Shown here: positions 46,090 to 56,018 of the stretch, piece after piece
Layout: each line of letters begins with the position of its first letter
Numbering within the stretch: position 1 is the stretch's first letter
Assembly: GCA_030639305.1 (NCBI GenBank)
Contig: DAOWCY010000006.1
Location: 16,563-80,562 of the forward strand
DNA length: 64,000 nt
Source of the DNA: Candidatus Aminicenantes bacterium
GTDB lineage: Bacteria > Acidobacteriota > Aminicenantia > UBA2199
Direction: 5' to 3'
The notes under the pieces: generated by a model
What the model was told of the DNA's origin: nothing
Seen by the model: the letters and a program-made list of their open reading frames with translations, nothing else
Database searches by the model: none
Program-made: the position numbers and the translations under genes

Positions 46090-46626
46090 ATGAAATTTAT
46101 CGAATTAGTAAAAAAAAGAGAAAGCACCCGCGGTTATTCATCCCGGCCCGTGCCCCGGGAGATCATCGACCAATGTTTAGAAGCAGCCCGGTTAGCGCCC
46201 TCCGCCTGTAATTCGCAGCCCTGGTCTTTTATTGTTTTAGACGATGAAGAGACGAAGAATCGAGTAGTAGAAAAGTCCCTGACCGGTATTTACCGCATGA
46301 ATAATTTTGTCAAAGAAGCCCCCGTACTTATCGTTGTTGTCACTGAACGCTCAACATATATTGCCCGGATGGGCGGCATGTTAAGACATGTAAAGTACAA
46401 CCTGATAGATATCGGCATCGCCTGCGATCACCTGACGCTGCAGGCCGAAGATTTGGGATTGGGCACCTGCTGGCTCGGATGGTTCGATGAGAAAGCAGTC
46501 AAAAAAGTACTCAACCTACCTCAAAAAACCAGGATCGACGTCATGATTTCTTTAGGTTATCCTGAGGAAGGCGAGGTGAGAAAGAAGCTGCGCAAACCAT
46601 TGGACAAAGTAAGAAAGTACTATTAG
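46090..46626 (+). CDS. Nitroreductase family protein
   Basis: RESTRGYSSRPVPREIIDQCLEAARLAPSACNSQPWSFIVL, the typical NfsB/NfnB-like N-terminus. Confidence 0.75.
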   Translation: MKFIELVKKRESTRGYSSRPVPREIIDQCLEAARLAPSACNSQPWSFIVLDDEETKNRVVEKSLTGIYRMNNFVKEAPVLIVVVTERSTYIARMGGMLRHVKYNLIDIGIACDHLTLQAEDLGLGTCWLGWFDEKAVKKVLNLPQKTRIDVMISLGYPEEGEVRKKLRKPLDKVRKYY

Positions 46627-46765
46627 GCCCACCACGTGGGCAGGGTATAAGCTGCTTCGCAGCAGGGGCAGCGGGTGAGCGCTTTTGATTTTCACTCATA
46701 AAAAGTTTTTTGGGGGTCCAGGGGGCAATTTTACAAAAACGCCCCCTGGCCGCCGGAGGCAAGGC
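46625..46765. repeat. Modular repeat element (orientation 2, GGGGGTCCAGGGGGC variant)
   Basis: CCCACCACGTGGG hairpin ...GCTGCTTCGCAGCAGGGGCAGCGGGTGAGCGCTTTTGATTTTCACTCATAAAAAGTTTTTTGGGGGTCCAGGGGGCAATTTTACAAAAACGCCCCCTGGCCGCCGGAGGCAAGGC. Confidence 0.8.
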
Positions 46766-46810
46766 TCGATTTTCTCTTGAGGGCCGCCGTTATTCATGAT
46801 ATAATAATTT

Positions 46811-48517
46811 GTGGGAAAAATAAAAGAATTAGAAGCTGAAGTATTCCGTAAGATCGCTGCCGGGGAGGTAGTGGAACGTCCCCTCTCCGCGGTCAAGGAA
46901 TTGGTGGAAAATTCCATAGACGCCGGGGCCGGTGAGATCAAAGTCGAAGTCCGCGACGGCGGCAAAAGATTTATCAAAGTTACCGACAACGGCGACGGCT
47001 TCGAACCCGACGATATCGAAAAAGCCTTCAAAAGACACTCTACTTCGAAATTAAACCGGTTAGAGGATTTTAACAGTCTCGACACCCTGGGGTTCCGTGG
47101 TGAAGCGCTGCCCTCGATTTTGGAAGTCTCGAAAATCCTCTTGAAGACTTCTTCTAATACTGAAGGAAAGGGCACCTTTTGTACTTTTGAGGAGGGCAAA
47201 TTAGTCGAACGGGAGGAAATCGCTTTTAATAAAGGCGCAGCCATCGAAATCCAGGACCTTTTTTATAATTTCCCCGTCAGGAAAAAATTTTTAAAAAGCG
47301 AAAGGAGCGAATTAAACCAGGTTATCGCTTTTCTCGAGCAGACTGCCCTGTCTAACTTTCACATCGCCTTTTCTTTGAGCAATAATGACCGGCTAATCTT
47401 TTTTTACAATAAAGCCGCCACTTTGAAAGAGAGAATCTACCAGGTATTCGGCAAAGAATTTCTCGACGGTCTGCAGGAAGTGAATTTCGAGTATGGTCAA
47501 TATAAACTAAACGGTTTTATCTCGAAGATCAATACCGGCGTCGCAGTCAAGAAGTACCAGCATTTTTTTGTCAACAAACGGCCTATCCGGGAGAGAACCC
47601 TCTTCGCCGCCCTAAACAACACCTTCCGGCGTTTCCTCGAAAAGAGCAAGAATCCCGTCGGCATATTGTCTTTAGAAGTACCGCCCCGGGAGATCGACGT
47701 GAACGTCCACCCCATGAAATTAGAGATCAAATTCGAGGATTCCAGCGCCATCTATCAATTAGTAAAACGGGGTATAGAGAGTACTTTCGGCAGCAGCGGC
47801 GGCGCAGCCGCGGACAGGTCTTTAGATTTTCTTTACCGGGATAAGAGCAGCCCGGAACAGCCCCCCGACGCTTTCACCGCCTCCCCCGGTCAAACCGCCC
47901 CCGGACCTGGATTCGCCCAGGCGCAGTTATTCAGCGGTGAGATAGCTCACATCGAGGAAGGGTTTTACCTGATCGGGCAGTACCTGAACTCTTACATCCT
48001 GGTAGAGAAAGAAGGCGCACTGTTGGTCGTTGACCAGCACAATGCCGACGAGCGGGTGAATTTCGATCACCTAAAAAAAGAGTACCGGGAGAACAAAGTG
48101 GTATCTATTACGCCTCTTTTCCCTATCATCATCGAGCTGACCCACTCGGAAGTATCCCGTTTAGATGAGCGCAAGCAGGAGATGCTCAGCAAAGTCGGTT
48201 TTGATTTACGGCCTTTGAGTGGAAATTCGTATGATGTGAAATCTTTTCCCCAGGTATTGGATGAGAGAAGCATTAAGGATGCTGTTTTGACTATATTGCA
48301 TTTGCAGCAAGGGGATGTAGATTTCGAGGACAAGGTTTTGGCTGAGGTTGCCTGCAAGAGTGCGATAAAGGTGAATCACCGGCTTTCCCCCGAGAAAATG
48401 AGGAGTATAGTCAAGGATTTATTTCGTTCTACTAATGCGTATTTTTGTCCTCACAAGCGGCCGATTATAGTGGAGTTTGGCCGGGAGCAGATCGAGAAGC
48501 TTCTCAAGCGCAAGTGA
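46811..48517 (+). CDS. mutL: DNA mismatch repair protein MutL
   Basis: N-terminal GHKL ATPase IAAGEVVERPLSAVKELVENSIDAGAGEIKVEV...DNGDG. C-terminal dimerization region. Confidence 0.85.
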   Translation: MGKIKELEAEVFRKIAAGEVVERPLSAVKELVENSIDAGAGEIKVEVRDGGKRFIKVTDNGDGFEPDDIEKAFKRHSTSKLNRLEDFNSLDTLGFRGEALPSILEVSKILLKTSSNTEGKGTFCTFEEGKLVEREEIAFNKGAAIEIQDLFYNFPVRKKFLKSERSELNQVIAFLEQTALSNFHIAFSLSNNDRLIFFYNKAATLKERIYQVFGKEFLDGLQEVNFEYGQYKLNGFISKINTGVAVKKYQHFFVNKRPIRERTLFAALNNTFRRFLEKSKNPVGILSLEVPPREIDVNVHPMKLEIKFEDSSAIYQLVKRGIESTFGSSGGAAADRSLDFLYRDKSSPEQPPDAFTASPGQTAPGPGFAQAQLFSGEIAHIEEGFYLIGQYLNSYILVEKEGALLVVDQHNADERVNFDHLKKEYRENKVVSITPLFPIIIELTHSEVSRLDERKQEMLSKVGFDLRPLSGNSYDVKSFPQVLDERSIKDAVLTILHLQQGDVDFEDKVLAEVACKSAIKVNHRLSPEKMRSIVKDLFRSTNAYFCPHKRPIIVEFGREQIEKLLKRK

Positions 48518-48665
48518 CCCCGTGCGCACGGGGAGGCGATAAGCGGCTTCGCCGCATGGGGCAGCGTGTGAGCGTTTTTGATTCTAACTCATAAAAAGTT
48601 TTGATCAAACTTTTTCAAAAGTTTGGCCCCCGGCAGGGCCGGCGGCGGCGGTGAATTCTGGATAA
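48515..48665. repeat. Full modular repeat element (orientation 2)
   Basis: CCCCGTGCGCACGGGGAGGCGATAAGCGGCTTCGCCGCATGGGGCAGCGTGTGAGCGTTTTTGATTCTAACTCATAAAAAGTTTTGATCAAACTTTTTCAAAAGTTTGGCCCCCGGCAGGGCCGGCGG. Confidence 0.85.
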
Positions 48666-48789
48666 AAAGCTGTCTTGATTTTTTTTGAGAAAAAGGTATA
48701 ATATAGGAATGGAATACTGCAACATGAATTGCCTGCAAGTCAGGAGAACAAGACCGGGGTTTTGCCGGGATTCCGGGAAATGCTGAACT

Positions 48790-49404
48790 ATGAATAAAAT
48801 CGGCTTAACAGGAGGAATTTGCGCGGGAAAAACTTTTGTACTCAACCTCCTTAAAGAACTGGGCTGTTACACCCTGAGAGCGGACGATATCGCTAAAAAT
48901 ATAATATTTTCCGGGAATTCTAAAATTTCGCAAGAGATTATAAAAGTTTTTGGCCCGGATATTTACGATGATAAGCAGGGCTTAAAAAAGGAAGAATTCA
49001 CGAAAATTTTATTCGAAGACGCGGAAAAACGAAATTTTATCAACAATATCGTTCATCCCCTGGTCACCGCTGAGAGAAATAAAATCTATGAAGATTTAAA
49101 CATCACCAAAGCCTTCCATTTTTTTATATATGAATCGGCGCTGTTGGTGGAAGCGGGGATTTATAAAGATTTCGACAAAATAATACTGGTCTATACCACC
49201 CATGAAGAGCAGTTGAAGCGGCTGATGGCCAGGGACGGTATAAAAAAAGAGGAAGCTGAAGCAAGGATAAAAGCCCAGTTTCCTATAAGTGAAAAGTTAA
49301 AGGTGGCGCACTATACGATAGATACCAGCGATACCTTTGAGAATGCAAAAGCGCAGACTTTAGAAACTTTTCACCTGATGAAAAAAGATTTTAAAGTGCC
49401 CTGA
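48790..49404 (+). CDS. coaE: Dephospho-CoA kinase
   Basis: MNKIGLTGGICAGKTFV P-loop at the N-terminus. About 200 aa. Confidence 0.8.
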   Translation: MNKIGLTGGICAGKTFVLNLLKELGCYTLRADDIAKNIIFSGNSKISQEIIKVFGPDIYDDKQGLKKEEFTKILFEDAEKRNFINNIVHPLVTAERNKIYEDLNITKAFHFFIYESALLVEAGIYKDFDKIILVYTTHEEQLKRLMARDGIKKEEAEARIKAQFPISEKLKVAHYTIDTSDTFENAKAQTLETFHLMKKDFKVP

Positions 49405-49536
49405 AATGAGCAGAAATTATATTAATCTATTGACATATTATAAGATTTTATTTAATATATTATTTTAAACATATGGGTTTTCTTAATAGCTCTTTCCAGC
49501 TTGACCGGATGGGAATGGCTGTAAAAGGAGGTAAAC

Positions 49537-52500
49537 ATGTTAGGCACAGTTATTTCGCACTACAAAATATTTGAGAAAATCGGCGAAGGTGGCATGGGAG
49601 TCGTTTACAAAGCCGAAGACACCAAGCTTAAACGCACAGTTGCCCTAAAATTCCTCCCCAAAGATTTGACCCGTAACCAGGAAGCCAGGGAACGGTTCCA
49701 GTTGGAAGCCCAGGCAGCCGCCTCATTAAACAACCCCAATATCGTCACCATCCACGAAATAGACGAATATGACGGCCGCGTATATATAGCCATGGAATAC
49801 GTTGAAGGCGACACCCTGAGAGACAGGATGCCCTACACCTGGGAACAGCGCGATACCCCCTTAGAAGATTTCGACGATTTTAAAACCAGGAAAATTTCCC
49901 CCGGCCCCGCAGCGGAACCCGAAGTTAAACCCATGGACATAAACGAGGTGCTCGACATCGCTATCCAGGTTTGCCGGGGGTTGAAAGCAACCCATAAGTT
50001 GGGAATTATCCACCGGGACATTAAACCCCAGAATATAATCCTCAATCCTGAAGGTGTAGTTAAAATATTGGATTTCGGTGTTGCCAAACTCACCCGGGGC
50101 ACCAATGTCACCAAAGAATTCGCCACTGTAGGCACTGTGCACTACATGTCACCCGATCAACTGACCGGCAAAGAGATAGATCAACGCACCGACATCTGGT
50201 CTTTGGGCGTGGTGCTTTATGAAATGCTGACCGCCAACTTACCTTTTAAACAGGACTCCATGCAGTCGATCATGTATTCTATCGTAAATGACAACCCGCT
50301 TCCCCCCTCGGAACTAAGCGACGACGTGCCCCGGCCTTTGGAAAGAATCATATTAAGGTGTTTACGAAAAGAGCAGGAAGATCGCTATCAATCGGTAGAG
50401 TTTCTCCTTAAAGACCTTAAAAAAATATTGGACGGCCTGCGCAAAGATTCCCAGGAATTGAAAATAAAGAAAAAAGCATCGCTCCGCAAAGAGAAGGAAC
50501 GCCGCACTGCCACGGTAATCTCCGCGGAAATCAGCGGGTACGGCGAAATGATGGAAACCTTAGACGCGGAAGAAGTGGCCACCACCATGAGTGATTATTC
50601 CGATATGTTCACTGCCGCCGCCGCAAAATATGAAGGCACTTTAGATAAAACATCAGGCAGTACGTTTACGGTTCTTTTCGGCGTCCCCCTGGCAGTGGAA
50701 AATGGGCCGGTAAAAGCAGTGCAGGCCGCGGTGGAGATGCGTCGTCAATTGGAGCAGTACCTGCGCAGGAGAAAACTCGAGGTTCCGCTAAACATTCGTA
50801 TCGGCGTCAACACAGGGGTGGTGATTGCCGGTGTGATGGGCAAGGACGAGGAAAAATATTCGGTGATCGGCGACGCCGTCAACCTGGCTAATCAATTGAA
50901 AGACGCAGCGCCGAAAGGAAAAATCTATATAGGCGCCCAAACCCAAAAAACTACCAAAAATAACTTCGAATATAAGGAACTCAAACCTATCACCCCAAAA
51001 GGTAAAAAACAGCCTATCACAGCCTATGAGTTTTTATCCGTAAAGTCGAAATCGGATCAGGCCCGCAAAGGCGCTGAACGAATGATCTTTGCCGGGATGG
51101 TGGGCCGGGATAGGGAATTAGACAAATTACAACTGCACCTGCTCAAGCTTGTCAACGGCGAAGGCTCTATTATCAACATTATCGGCGAAGCCGGTATCGG
51201 CAAGTCGCGCTTAATCGGCGAACTCCGTGCTAAAGATGCCTTTAAACGGGTGAAACTCCTGGAAGGCAGGGCATTGTCTATGGGCAAGAACCTCAGTTTT
51301 CACCCCCTGATCGCCATCATCAAAAATTGGGCGCAAATAACTGAGAAAGACACTGCCCAGGAAGCCTACAATAAGCTGGAGAAAACCGTCAAGGATGTCT
51401 ATCCCGAAGCTGTGGGTGAAATTTTCCCCTTTATCGCCACCCTGATGGGCATGAAACTAAGCGGCCAATACGCCGAACGGCTCGAAGGCATCGAAGGAGA
51501 CGCTTTAGAAAAACTGATGAAGAAGAATTTCCGCGAACTCATCATGAAAGCAGCCGAACAACAGCCGCTGGTTTTTTTGATCGAAGACCTGCACTGGGCG
51601 GACATAAGTTCTATCGAATTATTGGAATCCCTTTCCCGGCTGGTGAAAGAGAGTTCCATATTATTCATTAATATTTTCCGTCCCGGCTACGAAGAAACCG
51701 GGGAACGGCTGCTGCTCACCATTAAAGAGAGGTATCCCGGTCTTCATGCCGAAATTTACCTGAAATCTTTAGATGAAAGCGAAACCAAAAAACTCATCGT
51801 CGGTCTTCTAAAAGTGAAGGGCCTGCCGGCCAACATCCTGGGTCTTATCATCAAAAGAACCGGCGGAAATCCCTTTTTTATCGAAGAGATTATTCGTTCT
51901 TTTATCGACGACGGCATCGTGGAACTCAAAAACGGCCATTTTAAAGTGACCGACAAAATCGAAAATGTGGTAATCCCGGAAACCATAAACGATGTGTTGA
52001 TGGGACGCATAGATAAATTAGAGGATGATACGCGGTCGCTGCTGAAAGTTGCCGCCGTCATCGGCAGGAACTTTTTTTATAAAGTCTTAGCCCGGGTGGC
52101 CCTGAATATCGACGAAATAGACGAGCGCATCGAATTTTTAAAAGATACGGAACTCATCCGCGAACGCACCCGCATGGACGAACTGGAATACGTCTTTAAA
52201 AACACCCTGATCCAGGAAGCCGCCTATAGTTCTATCCTGATGAAAAAACGGAAAGAACTCCACGGCAAGGTAGCAACCGCTATAGAGGGAGCTTTTTCAG
52301 AAAAACTGCGTGAATTTTACGGTATGCTGGCGCTGCATTACAGTATGGCCGAAGACCTGGAAAAAGCGGAGAAATACCTCACCAAAGCCGGGGAAGAAGC
52401 ATTAAAAGCCGCTGCATCCAGCGAAGCGCTGCATTTTTACCGGGAAGCATTGAGTCTCTACCTCAAGCAGCATAAGGACGGCGGGGACCCCGACACCGTA

Positions 52501-53895
52501 GCTAACTTTGAAAAAAACATCGCCGCGGCTCTTTATAATAAAGGCGCTATGAAAGAATCCGTAGAGCACTGTAATAAAGCCCTGCGTTTATTGGGAGAGA
52601 AGTTACCCGCCAATAAGTTTGTCGAATCCGTCAAGCTTGCCCTCGATTTATTTAAACTGTTGAAAGGACTCTACTTTCCTCCCAAAAAACCCAAAATAAA
52701 CATGGTACCGCGAGTGAATGATATCATCGAATTGACCATTTTCCGGGGCACAGCCCAGGCAACTTTCGACAATTACCGGATGTTTATGAGTAACGTAGAG
52801 ACACTGGCCAGGCTGCACAAACTCGACCTATCCAAAATCCCCAAAGCACTGCCGTTGTATTTGCAAGCCAGTCTCTTATTTTCTTTTATGGGTTGGTTTA
52901 ATGTCGGTAAGAAGATACTCGACTACCACAAAGTCAAAAAATATGTAGGCACAGGGCACCCGCGGGCCATTTTCGACTATAGGTATGCGGACATAATGCA
53001 TGGTTTTTTATCCGGCGATTGGCGGGAAGAACTCGATCATGGCGATGAGGGCGTAGTCGATATTTGTTTAAAACAAGGCGACACCTTTTCCGCCCTGGTA
53101 TACTTGCTCTGGCGCGGAATCTTTATGGAGGAGAAAGGTAATTTCGAATCGGCGAAAAAGTGTTCCGATCAACTGCTGGAGATGAGCGAAGTGTACGAAA
53201 GCGATTATCCCACCGCCGTAGCCTATATTGTCTCTTCGCGGAGCAAGTTGAAACGCCGGCAGATATCCGACGCTTTAGCCGACACCGAATCCAGTTATTT
53301 TTATTCCGACAGCGTCGATCAGCACCTGATGTGTTTAAATTCTAAAGGGCTGAGAGCCAACGTGCAGATATTGTCAGGCGATATCGAAGGAGCTGAGAAA
53401 TCGTTAGAGGAAGCCGGTGAAATCGCCTCCCGCGAGAAGATGATTGTGGCCTGGCATATCAGCAGTTTTCGTTTAAGCAGTTTTTTGCTCGATCTGTATT
53501 ATTTAAAGAAAAATATAGAAATGGACGATAAACCCTATATCAAGAAATACAGTAAAGCCGCTGCCCGCACCGGCAATTTAGCTTTAAAAAATGTGGCCCA
53601 CTATGCTGCTAACCGCACGGAAGTATACCGCCAGATGGGGAATTATTCCTGGTTGTTGGGCAAGCAGGCCAAAGCCTTTTCCTGGTATACGAAGAGCGGC
53701 GCCGCGGGTGAGAAGATGGGCGCCCGTACCGAGCTTGCCCGCACTTACCGGGAGATCGGTAACCGGCTCCAGGAAGACGGTTGTAAGATCGGGCATTTGA
53801 ATAATCTCGACAGTGAACAATATTTAAAGAAAGCCCGTGCCATGTACGACGCCATCGGCCTTGTTTGGGAATTAGACAGTCACCCCGTGGTTTAG
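49537..53895 (+). CDS. Multidomain signalling protein: Ser/Thr protein kinase, class III adenylate/guanylate cyclase, AAA/STAND ATPase and TPR-like C-terminal region
   Basis: Kinase motifs GEGGMGVVYKA, HRDIKPQNIIL, DFGVAK. Cyclase homology domain (TATVISAEISGY...FTVLFGVP...IGVNTGVVIAGVMG...YSVIGDAVNLANQL). P-loop IIGEAGIGKSRLIGEL. Helical repeats downstream. Confidence 0.8.
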   Translation: MLGTVISHYKIFEKIGEGGMGVVYKAEDTKLKRTVALKFLPKDLTRNQEARERFQLEAQAAASLNNPNIVTIHEIDEYDGRVYIAMEYVEGDTLRDRMPYTWEQRDTPLEDFDDFKTRKISPGPAAEPEVKPMDINEVLDIAIQVCRGLKATHKLGIIHRDIKPQNIILNPEGVVKILDFGVAKLTRGTNVTKEFATVGTVHYMSPDQLTGKEIDQRTDIWSLGVVLYEMLTANLPFKQDSMQSIMYSIVNDNPLPPSELSDDVPRPLERIILRCLRKEQEDRYQSVEFLLKDLKKILDGLRKDSQELKIKKKASLRKEKERRTATVISAEISGYGEMMETLDAEEVATTMSDYSDMFTAAAAKYEGTLDKTSGSTFTVLFGVPLAVENGPVKAVQAAVEMRRQLEQYLRRRKLEVPLNIRIGVNTGVVIAGVMGKDEEKYSVIGDAVNLANQLKDAAPKGKIYIGAQTQKTTKNNFEYKELKPITPKGKKQPITAYEFLSVKSKSDQARKGAERMIFAGMVGRDRELDKLQLHLLKLVNGEGSIINIIGEAGIGKSRLIGELRAKDAFKRVKLLEGRALSMGKNLSFHPLIAIIKNWAQITEKDTAQEAYNKLEKTVKDVYPEAVGEIFPFIATLMGMKLSGQYAERLEGIEGDALEKLMKKNFRELIMKAAEQQPLVFLIEDLHWADISSIELLESLSRLVKESSILFINIFRPGYEETGERLLLTIKERYPGLHAEIYLKSLDESETKKLIVGLLKVKGLPANILGLIIKRTGGNPFFIEEIIRSFIDDGIVELKNGHFKVTDKIENVVIPETINDVLMGRIDKLEDDTRSLLKVAAVIGRNFFYKVLARVALNIDEIDERIEFLKDTELIRERTRMDELEYVFKNTLIQEAAYSSILMKKRKELHGKVATAIEGAFSEKLREFYGMLALHYSMAEDLEKAEKYLTKAGEEALKAAASSEALHFYREALSLYLKQHKDGGDPDTVANFEKNIAAALYNKGAMKESVEHCNKALRLLGEKLPANKFVESVKLALDLFKLLKGLYFPPKKPKINMVPRVNDIIELTIFRGTAQATFDNYRMFMSNVETLARLHKLDLSKIPKALPLYLQASLLFSFMGWFNVGKKILDYHKVKKYVGTGHPRAIFDYRYADIMHGFLSGDWREELDHGDEGVVDICLKQGDTFSALVYLLWRGIFMEEKGNFESAKKCSDQLLEMSEVYESDYPTAVAYIVSSRSKLKRRQISDALADTESSYFYSDSVDQHLMCLNSKGLRANVQILSGDIEGAEKSLEEAGEIASREKMIVAWHISSFRLSSFLLDLYYLKKNIEMDDKPYIKKYSKAAARTGNLALKNVAHYAANRTEVYRQMGNYSWLLGKQAKAFSWYTKSGAAGEKMGARTELARTYREIGNRLQEDGCKIGHLNNLDSEQYLKKARAMYDAIGLVWELDSHPVV

Positions 53896-53899
53896 ATAA

Positions 53900-54060
53900 G
53901 GTTGTTTTTTTTGGTCGATCCCCACTCGCGTGGGGAGGCTATGAGCGGCTTCGCCGCAAGAGGCAGCGTGTGAGCGCTTTTGATTTTAAATAATAAGAAG
54001 TTTTGATCAAACTTTTACAAAAGTTTGGCCCCCGGCAGGGCCGCCGGAGGCAAGGATGGG
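53900..54060. repeat. Full modular repeat element (orientation 2)
   Basis: CCCCACTCGCGTGGGGAGGCTATGAGCGGCTTCGCCGCAAGAGGCAGCGTGTGAGCGCTTTTGATTTTAAATAATAAGAAGTTTTGATCAAACTTTTACAAAAGTTTGGCCCCCGGCAGGGCCGCCGGAGGCAAGG. Confidence 0.85.
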
Positions 54061-54072
54061 GCTGAATGCTTA

Positions 54073-56001
54073 TTATACCCACAGCAGCAGTTCGGTTAGT
54101 TCTTTTTTTCCTAACTGCGCCTTCGGCCCCAAACGCACCTGCACTACCCCTTCTTTGTCTTCAGATACGATGCGGCGCAGTTCGGTGGTCACCACCCGCA
54201 TACGGTCATAAGTAGATAAATCAAAACTGCGCCGCCTATCGAAAGCACTCTTCCTATATCCCGGCGGCGGCGGCAGTTCTACCGCTTCGTTAATATTTCC
54301 GGCAAAATCTTCACGGCTGCTGATTTGCCCGCCTTCGAAGCAGAGCAGGATTCGCTTTTTTTCTTTGCCCACCGACTCCTGCCAAAAGAGTGTCGATTCG
54401 CTCAAAAGAGAAAACCAGCGCGAACGCCGCAGCAGGTGAGCGCCATGGCGGATAATGCCTTCCAGCATCGACGCTGCCGCTTCAGGCGTCCAAACTTTCT
54501 CTTCTTTTTCATCCTCCGCGGAGCTGCCGTTCTCATCTATTTCCGTGCTGTTTTTTCCCTCTTCTTCGAGCCCGGCTGCGGCCAGTTCTTTTAATTTGCG
54601 GCGGCTCAGTTCCTTGCCCAAAAGCAGCACCCTGTTAACAATATTCCCCGGAGGTATCATACTTGTCTGTCCCTGTTTAGCCTCATCAAATTGGCCTGTC
54701 CCCAAAAACTCATCATGCTCCCGGTAAAACAACTCGACCCCCTGCAAAAAAACCTCCAAACCGGGGGCATACTCTTCGGGAATCCCCAATAATTCAGCAC
54801 AAAAATTATTTTTTGCCTCCGGCGGCCTTGCCGGGGGCCAAACTTTTGAAAAAGTTTGAACAAAACTTTTATTTAATTTAGCCTGAAATTGGCCTGTCCC
54901 CTTTTCGAGCAACTCGATAATACCGGCCAGGGATTGCAGCGTTTGTACCGAAACTACCGGGCCAAGACGGTACACCTTATCCACTCCGGGAGCAGATTGT
55001 CGCAAATCCGAAGAAAAATAAAAAAGCCGCCGCTCCCCTTTCCGCAACGCTGCATTATAAGGCGGCGAGTGTTTTTTGATCTCATCAGATTCCAGCAAAG
55101 CAGCTTCTAAAGCCGATCCGGTCACCGTAATATCTAATTTATTGGCCTGGGTCAACATCTCTAAAGTGCGTTCAGAATGTTTGGCGCTCTTACGGAAATA
55201 ACTACCCACCCGCTGCTTCAAAGACGTTGCTTTGCCGATATAAAGCAGGTCGCCGTTGGAACGCAGCATCCGGTAAACACCGGGCAAGCCGGGCAAACCG
55301 CTTCGTTCCTTCGCCGCCATGGGGTAAACCCTTCCGGCGGAACCGGCCCCGGAAACAGCGGGTGGAGCTTCCAGCCATTCCCGCAGTTCCGGCAAGGTGC
55401 GGACGCCCCGCTGCTCTAAAAGTTTAACCGTTTCTTTCCAGGTGAAATTAGTGGCTTCGATGTGAGAGGCGCTGCGGCGCAGTTCAGGCACCGAATACCC
55501 CAAATAACCGGCTGCTGCCCGCAGACCTTTGCGAGGCAATTGAGGCAGCAGGCGTTTGATCACCCGGTGGGTACAAATAATCTCGAAAGGAAAAGGTTTT
55601 CCGGGCGACCATTTTTGATGCATTTCCCTGAGATAAGGTTCCTCGAAACGGGCAAAATGAATCACCGTAGGGCATAGTCCTCTTTTATTGGCTGCCGCTG
55701 TTCTTTTTACCGCCCGAAACAGTTTTTTCCAAGCTTTTTTGGGGGGCAGGCCGCGGGCCGCGTCCTCCGCAGAAATGCCGGTGATGCGTTTTACCGCGGT
55801 AGGGATGATTTCGTCATGCGGCAGTTTGATGAGATAAGAGGTGATTTTTTCGTTATTTTCCCGGCTTGAAGCCCGCACCCTGGCCCAGCCGATTTCCAGC
55901 AGACGCCCTTTTGCCGGGTTAGAACCGGTAGCCTGGCAGTCTACTATTAATACTTCCAGGCTGGATAACAGGTTTTCTTTTTTGAGATTCGATACTCGCA
56001 T
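54073..56001 (-). CDS. DnaQ-like 3'-5' exonuclease domain fused to a GIY-YIG (Cho/UvrC-like) nuclease domain. Carries an in-frame repeat-derived segment.
   Basis: N-terminal LEVLIVDCQATGSNPAKGRLLEIGW (DEDD exonuclease motif I). GIY-YIG GVYRMLRSNGDLLYIGKATSLKQRVGSYF. Residues ...LNKSFVQTFSKVWPPARPPEAKNNF... are the translation (revcomp) of repeat module 54815-54880. Confidence 0.65.
   Translation of the reverse strand: MRVSNLKKENLLSSLEVLIVDCQATGSNPAKGRLLEIGWARVRASSRENNEKITSYLIKLPHDEIIPTAVKRITGISAEDAARGLPPKKAWKKLFRAVKRTAAANKRGLCPTVIHFARFEEPYLREMHQKWSPGKPFPFEIICTHRVIKRLLPQLPRKGLRAAAGYLGYSVPELRRSASHIEATNFTWKETVKLLEQRGVRTLPELREWLEAPPAVSGAGSAGRVYPMAAKERSGLPGLPGVYRMLRSNGDLLYIGKATSLKQRVGSYFRKSAKHSERTLEMLTQANKLDITVTGSALEAALLESDEIKKHSPPYNAALRKGERRLFYFSSDLRQSAPGVDKVYRLGPVVSVQTLQSLAGIIELLEKGTGQFQAKLNKSFVQTFSKVWPPARPPEAKNNFCAELLGIPEEYAPGLEVFLQGVELFYREHDEFLGTGQFDEAKQGQTSMIPPGNIVNRVLLLGKELSRRKLKELAAAGLEEEGKNSTEIDENGSSAEDEKEEKVWTPEAAASMLEGIIRHGAHLLRRSRWFSLLSESTLFWQESVGKEKKRILLCFEGGQISSREDFAGNINEAVELPPPPGYRKSAFDRRRSFDLSTYDRMRVVTTELRRIVSEDKEGVVQVRLGPKAQLGKKELTELLLWV
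54815..54880. repeat. Repeat module (orientation 1) lying in-frame inside CDS 54073..56001
   Basis: GCCTCCGGCGGCCTTGCCGGGGGCCAAACTTTTGAAAAAGTTTGAACAAAACTTTT. Confidence 0.7.
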
Positions 56002-56018
56002 CTTTTGTTTTTATTAGT

